Shown here: in pieces, positions 15,627-20,000 of the stretch
Numbering within the stretch: position 1 is the first letter of the stretch
Layout of the letters: each line of letters begins with the position of its first letter
IMG/VR virus record: IMGVR_UViG_3300005340_000005
Strand: one strand, 5' to 3'
Length of the DNA: 20,000 nucleotides
Origin: an uncultured virus (IMG/VR IMGVR_UViG_3300005340_000005)
Taxonomy: Duplodnaviria; Heunggongvirae; Uroviricota; Caudoviricetes
The notes under the pieces: model-generated
Seen by the model: the letters and a program-made list of their open reading frames with translations, nothing else
What the model was told of the DNA's origin: nothing
Databases searched by the model: none
Position numbers and translations under genes: made by a program

Positions 15627-16156
15627 ATAAGGTTTACGACGACCGGATTTTTGACTTTCTTACTCCGGAACAGAAGACACAGGCGATCGAGTTGCGCGAC
15701 AAGGGAATTCCTCTGTGCGTCTTGGAGGGCTTCTACAGGGACCATAGAACGTCTCGGGTAGCAACCTGCCGGGTGGTGAATGTCGCCATAAAGATAGGCC
15801 TGCTAAAGCGTCCTCCCGCCTGTCAGGAATGCGGGAAGGCCCGACCCCATAAGGACGGGCGAGAGCCTATCCAGGCGCATCACGACGATTACAACAAGCC
15901 GCTGGAAATCAGATGGCTATGCGCGGGATGCCACAGCAAATGGCACATGCATAATAAGCCCATTGAGAAACTCCACCGACCGCCAACCGCCGATGAGGTC
16001 GCAAGAGCCGAAGCGCGCCTAGCCCGAGCTGATCAACTACGACAATCCGCCCAACGCTTGGAGAAGAAAAGACAGCGGCAGTGGGAGAGCGTGAAACAAG
16101 AGGTCGGACAACTACGCGCAACTCTAAATAGTCCAGAGATAGAGCATAGCGATTAA
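15623..16156 (+). CDS. HNH-like nuclease (zinc-binding) with C-terminal coiled coil
   Basis: G.L.RP..CQECG…IQAHHDDYNKPLEIRWLC..CH..WH. Confidence 0.8.
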   Translation: MNKVYDDRIFDFLTPEQKTQAIELRDKGIPLCVLEGFYRDHRTSRVATCRVVNVAIKIGLLKRPPACQECGKARPHKDGREPIQAHHDDYNKPLEIRWLCAGCHSKWHMHNKPIEKLHRPPTADEVARAEARLARADQLRQSAQRLEKKRQRQWESVKQEVGQLRATLNSPEIEHSD

Positions 16157-16227
16157 TCCGACGTTCGCAACACGACGAGCGCACACTACGAATTTAACTG
16201 GTAAGACCACTGGAAGGAGGAATGGAA

Positions 16228-16707
16228 ATGAGCACAGCAAAGAAAGGCAACGACGATTTTGAGCTATCTGCCGATGAGCTGGCGAAGCAGGAAGGGCGGC
16301 CAAAGCCAACCCTCGTGAAGAAGGGAGGGCAATCTGAACAGGAGCCGCCAGCCGAGCAAGCGGCTGAAGGCGATCTTACCGCCCAACGGCTGCCAGGGAT
16401 GGAGCTACCGCCGCCTCCGAAGCTGACCAGCAAACAGCACGCGCAGCTGACCTGGTTCGCGCAGAGATACGACAAGGCCAAGTATTCGCGGGTCGAGCTG
16501 AGCAACCAGGAGACGGTCGCCAAGAAGGAGCTTGAGGCCTACCTGAACAGCGTCGGGCTTGAAAGTTTTGTGTATCCGGGGCCTGACGGGAAGGTGATGG
16601 AAGTCTTTGTCGATCGGACCGAGGTAATCAAGACTCGCGAGCGCAAGGACGAGCCCGAATTGACTGAGCCAAACGCGGCCGGCGAGGAAGAACCAGAGGA
16701 CGAGTAA
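16228..16707 (+). CDS. Hypothetical acidic phage protein
   Basis: AAGGAGG at 16214-16220 favours ATG 16228 over 16222. Confidence 0.8.
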   Translation: MSTAKKGNDDFELSADELAKQEGRPKPTLVKKGGQSEQEPPAEQAAEGDLTAQRLPGMELPPPPKLTSKQHAQLTWFAQRYDKAKYSRVELSNQETVAKKELEAYLNSVGLESFVYPGPDGKVMEVFVDRTEVIKTRERKDEPELTEPNAAGEEEPEDE

Positions 16708-16716
16708 ACAGATCTA

Positions 16717-16745
16717 TTGTGGCCAGGCGAAAAATTGCGTACCTT
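16717..16745 (+). promoter_or_regulatory. Possible weak sigma70-type promoter ahead of the HNH-initiator-DnaB block
   Basis: TTGTGG-17 nt-TACCTT in one of the few intergenic gaps; partial match only. Confidence 0.25.
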
Positions 16746-16781
16746 CGCGGCGCAGAAAAATCTCGATTGGGAGGGGTTTGT

Positions 16782-17234
16782 ATGGACAAGAACGAACGAC
16801 GAGAAGCCTATCTTGCGAAACTCCGCGATCCGCGTTGGCAGAAGAAGCGGCTCGAGATTCTGAGCCGCGATAACTGGACCTGTCAGATATGCAGCGACAC
16901 TACTACCACGCTGCACGTCCATCATCGCGCCTATATGCGGGGGAAGGAGCCCTGGGACCACTTGGATGAATTGCTAGTAACGCTGTGTGAGCGCTGCCAC
17001 GAAGAGGAGACCTGGTGGGGTCAGGCTGCAGCAGAAGAACTCCTATTCCAGTTGCGGCGAAAGGGACTCTTTGACAAACAAATCTACAGCATCGCGGCGG
17101 GTATGGTCTTCGCACCGGAGTGGAAGGACAGGGCACGCTTAGCGTCTGCGATCGAATGGCTTTTCAGCGACACCGATGCTCAGAGTGGCCTTATTGCGGC
17201 GTACTTGGCAGCAAATCAGAAAGGCGAGGAGTGA
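16782..17234 (+). CDS. HNH endonuclease (McrA-like zinc-binding type)
   Basis: Start moved to ATG 16782 (GGAGG RBS). Y..KL.DPRWQKKRLEI..RD.W.CQ.C…LHVHH..Y…PW…L.TLC..CH. Confidence 0.85.
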   Translation: MDKNERREAYLAKLRDPRWQKKRLEILSRDNWTCQICSDTTTTLHVHHRAYMRGKEPWDHLDELLVTLCERCHEEETWWGQAAAEELLFQLRRKGLFDKQIYSIAAGMVFAPEWKDRARLASAIEWLFSDTDAQSGLIAAYLAANQKGEE

Positions 17235-18025
17235 TGGCCAAGCTGCCGTTTATCCAGCTCTACAAGGATGCCTGGGACCGTGACACTCGCGTCCTCTCTT
17301 TGGCCGCCCGAGGGCTTTGGGACACGATGCTGGTCAGGATGCACGATGAGAATCAGAGCGGCGTCCTGACCGGGAGCATAGAAGACCTCGCGCGGGCCAC
17401 ACATTGTTTCCCTGCTGAGTTTAGGAAGTATTTGGCCGAACTGGAAACGAAGCGGATTTGCGAGGTCCAGCGAAGTAACGGCTCTGTCACGGTCGTGAAC
17501 CGCCGAATGAAACGTGAGGCCGATGCGCGTGAAGCTGCGCGTTTACGGCAGTTACGGAAACGGCAGGGCGACGATGCGGACAATGTCACGGGTCCGTCAC
17601 GCCCCGAGTCCCCACCCGTGTCACAGCCCGGTCACGCGTCAGATGTAGATATAAAGAGATATAAAGAGAATACTTCATATTCAGTTGGTAGTTTAGGAGA
17701 GAGAAAGACTGTAGTAGAGGGGTCGGGGGCGGAAAGTTCTACTACAGATCTTCCTGGTGAGCACCAGAAATGGTTGGCGGATCTCGCTAAGAATCCTGCG
17801 TACCGCGGCATCGATCTCGAACGCTCCTACTGGAAACTCATCGCCCACTGTCGCCGCGAAGGGCACAAGCTCACACAGCGATACCTGCAGAACTGGCTCA
17901 AACGGGAACGTCCGGGCGATGAAGATTCGAGCCAGGATAACCAAAAACCTCAATATTCGAATGCAGAAGAGATAGCGCTCTTCCAAGCGAACCGTAAGAA
18001 AAAGAAGGAGAACGGGAATGGATAA
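17234..18025 (+). CDS. Phage replication initiator / replisome organizer (lambda O-analogue, DUF1376-like N-terminus)
   Basis: Start moved to ATG 17234 (TGATG overlap). P...Y..W..DT..LS..ARG.W...L..M N-terminus, internal iterons, NWL.R C-terminal domain; directly upstream of DnaB. Confidence 0.8.
   Translation: MAKLPFIQLYKDAWDRDTRVLSLAARGLWDTMLVRMHDENQSGVLTGSIEDLARATHCFPAEFRKYLAELETKRICEVQRSNGSVTVVNRRMKREADAREAARLRQLRKRQGDDADNVTGPSRPESPPVSQPGHASDVDIKRYKENTSYSVGSLGERKTVVEGSGAESSTTDLPGEHQKWLADLAKNPAYRGIDLERSYWKLIAHCRREGHKLTQRYLQNWLKRERPGDEDSSQDNQKPQYSNAEEIALFQANRKKKKENGNG
17585..17681. repeat. Putative replication origin: iterons plus AT-rich tract
   Basis: GTCAC at 17585, 17596, 17620 and 17631, with GTCCC at 17608 (spacing 11, 12, 12, 11). 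Followed by AGATATAAAG twice (17647-17666) and an AT-rich run. Confidence 0.7.
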
Positions 18026-19349
18026 ACTACTCGAAGCTGGGCTCCCCAGTGATCCCGAGGCCGAGCACTGTCTGCTCGGAACCCTGCTGCTCCGACCGTC
18101 ACTGCTCGACGAAATCGACGTCGCGATTCCAGAGTTCTACCAGCGGAGTTGCAGGCTGCTCTACGAGGCAATGCTCGACCTGAAAGCCGAAGGCCAGCCC
18201 GTCGAGTTTCACCCCCTTCGCGCCTTACTCGCTGACCGCGGAGTGCTCGAATCGATCGGCGGCGCCACCTGGATTGCTTCGCTGATCGACGGATTCGCCG
18301 GTGTGGGCGAAAAGTGGTACGCCGAGAGAATTCGTTCGAAGTATCTCCAGCGTCGGACTGTGCAAATCGGCAACGCGATTATGTCGAATGCGATGGATCC
18401 GGAGTCCACCGGCGCCGAAGCAGTCGAGTTTGCCGAGAAGGCAATTGCAGGTTTGACCGACGAATCGCAGGGAGTGAAGACAGGGGAGATCCGGTCTTTG
18501 GGCGACGTCGCGCTTGACCAGATCAACGCAATCAAAACCGGCAAGCCGCTCGACGCGATTGACAGTGGACTCGCTGAGCTCGATCGCGTGATGATCGGAT
18601 TCGAGCCCGAGACTCTCACTGTCGTTGGGGCGAGAACCGGAAACGGCAAAACAGCGTTCGGCCTGGCTCTCGCTTTGCACTGCGCAATCCAGGGGCGTCC
18701 GGTTGCTTTTTTCTCGCTGGAGATGAGCACGGTGACGCTGAGCCAGAGATTGCTTTCGATGCGCGCCGGCGTGCCCCTGCAGGCGATCCGGTACCGCAAA
18801 GTTTTCGGCGAAGATCTGGAGAAACTAGCCCACGCGCAGAGGGAGTTGAATTGCATCCCGCTCCACATCGACGACACTCGCGGACTAACCGCCTCTCAGG
18901 TGTGCGCCCGACTCCGTCGCTACAAGCAGCAACAGGGAACTGAAATCACAATCGTTGATTTTCTGACCCGGCTAAAATTCAACTCAAAGCGCGATCTTCG
19001 ACACGAGCTTGGCGACGCCGCGAAGGCGTTCAAGGACGCGAGCGGTGAATTCAACATCCCCGTGATCGCCCTGTCCCAACTCTCTCGGGCCTCGGTGAAA
19101 GAGGGCAAGCCGCGGTATCCCCAACTCTCCGATTTGCGTGAATCAGGAAACCTCGAGGAGGACGCCGACAACGTGCTTTTTGTGCATCGTGACGAGTACT
19201 ACGGCCGAACGGATGAGAATCACGGACTCGCGGACGTGATCGTAAGCAAACAACGCCAGGGGCCAGCACCAGAGTTTGTGAAGGTCGGGTTCCGCGGTGA
19301 GTATGTTCGATTCGAAAACTTATGGAAAGAGCGAGGCCTGTATGAGTAG
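18018..19349 (+). CDS. dnaB: Replicative DNA helicase, DnaB family
   Basis: P...EAE...LG N-terminus; GARTGNGKT, FSLEM, IVDFL, ALSQLSR, SDLRESG.LE.DAD and KQR.G. Confidence 0.95.
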   Translation: MDKLLEAGLPSDPEAEHCLLGTLLLRPSLLDEIDVAIPEFYQRSCRLLYEAMLDLKAEGQPVEFHPLRALLADRGVLESIGGATWIASLIDGFAGVGEKWYAERIRSKYLQRRTVQIGNAIMSNAMDPESTGAEAVEFAEKAIAGLTDESQGVKTGEIRSLGDVALDQINAIKTGKPLDAIDSGLAELDRVMIGFEPETLTVVGARTGNGKTAFGLALALHCAIQGRPVAFFSLEMSTVTLSQRLLSMRAGVPLQAIRYRKVFGEDLEKLAHAQRELNCIPLHIDDTRGLTASQVCARLRRYKQQQGTEITIVDFLTRLKFNSKRDLRHELGDAAKAFKDASGEFNIPVIALSQLSRASVKEGKPRYPQLSDLRESGNLEEDADNVLFVHRDEYYGRTDENHGLADVIVSKQRQGPAPEFVKVGFRGEYVRFENLWKERGLYE

Positions 19350-19479
19350 TGAGCAACACGATTACGACTCCGATGACATTCACCGTGTGGCGAACTGTCG
19401 CAAGTGCCAGGCTGATTTCGCGGTGCTCAAACGCGAAGACGAGATGCGTGAGAACCCGCCCGAGAAAGAGGCGTCGTGA
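19342..19479 (+). CDS. Hypothetical protein, 45 aa (HxxxCxxC)
   Basis: ATG 19342 overlaps the end of dnaB, with GAGG upstream; GTGA coupling downstream. Confidence 0.55.
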   Translation: MSSEQHDYDSDDIHRVANCRKCQADFAVLKREDEMRENPPEKEAS

Positions 19480-19682
19480 GAATCCGACAGCCCTTGAAAC
19501 TCATCGTGCGCTGCCGCGGTTGCGCGACCCCGCACGCGATCGAAACTCGCGACCTGAAGAACTACACCGGCTGGTGCGACAGGTGCACGGAGAAGCTTTG
19601 CGGACTGCGGAAGGCGACGAGGATTGAGTGGAGACCACGGCGAATAGTGGCGCGCCCAAAGAAACCGGCAATGGAGGCCTGA
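19476..19682 (+). CDS. Hypothetical zinc-ribbon protein, 68 aa
   Basis: CRGC…CDRC; overlaps at both ends. Confidence 0.65.
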   Translation: MRIRQPLKLIVRCRGCATPHAIETRDLKNYTGWCDRCTEKLCGLRKATRIEWRPRRIVARPKKPAMEA

Positions 19683-19837
19683 TGTTTTGAGTCATCGCGA
19701 ACAACGATCCGTCCGTCACGCGAATGGTCTACGCCGTTCAACGTGTCCAACTCGAGGCGTGGTTTCTGATCTACGCAGAGGGCGAATGGACCTGGATCGA
19801 CGCGAAGAAATGCCGGCCAGTCGAAGGGGCCGAGTGA
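19682..19837 (+). pseudogene. 51-codon gene with an in-frame TGA at codon 3
   Basis: GGAGG RBS and TGATG coupling at both ends; MF*VIANNDPSVTRMVYAVQRVQLEAWFLIYAEGEWTWIDAKKCRPVEGAE*. Confidence 0.6.
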
Positions 19838-19971
19838 TGGACGACCTCGCTCCGTTCCTGATCATCGGTGCCGTTGTAATCGTCGGGATGGTGCTCGCCA
19901 GGCGCTACGAGAAGCGTGTCTTCCGCGAACTCTTCGGGTGGCATCCTGACGACGACGAGGACGACAAGTGA
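19837..19971 (+). CDS. Small single-pass membrane protein, 44 aa
   Basis: MDDLAPFLIIGAVVIVGMVLARR… hydrophobic helix followed by a basic then acidic tail; TGATG overlap. Confidence 0.7.
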   Translation: MDDLAPFLIIGAVVIVGMVLARRYEKRVFRELFGWHPDDDEDDK

Positions 19972-20000
19972 GCGGCTCAATCGACGACGACATACCGGAA

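Noticed and set aside
1..20000. Alternative genetic code with TGA reassigned
   Set aside because: TGA terminates many genes at exact ATGA, GTGA, TTGA or TGATG couplings (5951, 7712, 8110, 10033, 10485, 11687, 17234).
1..20000. CRISPR array, tRNA, rRNA, integrase or transposase
   Set aside because: No regularly spaced repeats, cloverleaf with T-loop consensus, or recombinase/transposase motifs were seen by eye.

Overview
A roughly 60% GC phage or prophage early/middle operon. All credible genes lie on the + strand, most with coupled stop/start overlaps. Gene order: SMC/ABC-like ATPase, RecE-like exonuclease with a RecT-like annealing protein, RuvC-like resolvase, J-domain protein, two ASCH/PUA-like proteins, a DUF5131 (gp37/gp68) radical-SAM-like gene, a DndC-like PAPS-reductase-family gene, an SNF2 helicase-DNA methyltransferase fusion, two free-standing HNH genes, a replication initiator with an internal iteron/AT-rich origin, and DnaB. 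Many small Cys-rich hypothetical genes are interspersed. The most striking feature is an intact HNH homing-type endonuclease gene (9180-9776) nested in the +1 frame of a ~597 bp in-frame insertion in the DUF5131 gene. The host frame stays stop-free across it, and there is no intron or intein signature. Other points: two small genes each interrupted by one in-frame TGA (one with a SECIS-like hairpin), one apparent +1 frameshift, and three intergenic spacers filled with long G-U-containing stems, two followed by a near-identical ribosome-binding cassette. All family calls come from motif recognition by eye; no database searches were run.
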